DNA of 64,000 nucleotides from Amoebophrya sp. A120. Taxonomy: Eukaryota; Protista; Dinoflagellata. The position numbers and the translations under genes are program-made. Where the stretch lies: assembly GCA_905178155.1 (NCBI GenBank), contig CAJINV010000023.1, positions 458,914-522,913 on the forward strand, written 5' to 3'. This document shows, piece by piece, positions 63,873 through 64,000 of the stretch; the first letter of the stretch is position 1; every line of letters starts with the position of its first letter. Under the pieces are notes generated by a model that worked only from the letters and a program-made list of their open reading frames with translations, did no database searches and had not been told where the DNA came from.

Positions 63873-64000
63873 TATCCTGAGTAAAAACGTACCCACACCA
63901 GAGTCAGGATGAGGATTTTGCAACACAAACCTAGGAGTTTTGTGAGTCATGCATGACAAGTTGCACTATGCAGTGTAGTGCAGGTTAGCAAGTGCAGCCG

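Noticed and set aside
116-63959. Hundreds of short ORFs with recurring peptides (MSGSGR, FQTQTFLHLI, LPDPDIF, KNPPSPY, YGEGGFF)
   Set aside because: These are translations of introner TIRs in different frames, not a protein repeat family.
1-64000. Autonomous transposase, RepHel or reverse transcriptase ORF
   Set aside because: I recognised no DDE, HUH/helicase or RT motifs in the ORF track or the inserts; all elements here appear non-autonomous.
1-64000. All seven genes are transposon-killed pseudogenes
   Set aside because: The exons retain open frames and conserved motifs across ~100 junctions, which implies selection and precise removal. Only 26759-28000 remains doubtful.
1-64000. rRNA, tRNA or snRNA genes
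   Set aside because: None was recognisable by eye; a covariance-model search (Infernal/tRNAscan-SE) would be needed to exclude them.

Overview
Eukaryotic genomic DNA, almost certainly a dinoflagellate: there is an exact 22-nt DinoSL at 38473-38494, and the architecture matches the introner-invaded genomes described for the parasitic Syndiniales Amoebophrya (the taxon is inference). Seven co-oriented (+ strand) genes can be rebuilt by hand, and all relate to glycan synthesis or modification: a CAS1/RWA-type O-acetyltransferase (3' part), an SLC35E3-like nucleotide-sugar transporter, a UDP-arabinose-4-epimerase::GT77 glycosyltransferase fusion, two SLC35A-like nucleotide-sugar transporters, an SGNH/PC-esterase-like protein and a bacterial-type DUF4910/DUF2172 protein (5' part). 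The genes are split by about 110 (manual count) MITE-like elements of ~150-380 bp from about 10 TIR families. Nearly all start TAY, end RTA and sit between 5-bp target-site duplications (TSDs); removing the element plus one TSD copy restores the reading frame, usually with no GT-AG option. All families share an internal GCATNACAA motif. Helitron-like elements are nested inside several introners, two of them at the identical base. Two intergenic hotspots are a backbone repeatedly interrupted by unrelated 0.3-1.6 kb inserts, each bracketed by 40-130 bp direct duplications. Most ORFs in the supplied track are artefacts of the repeats. Coordinates were counted by eye and may be off by a base or two.
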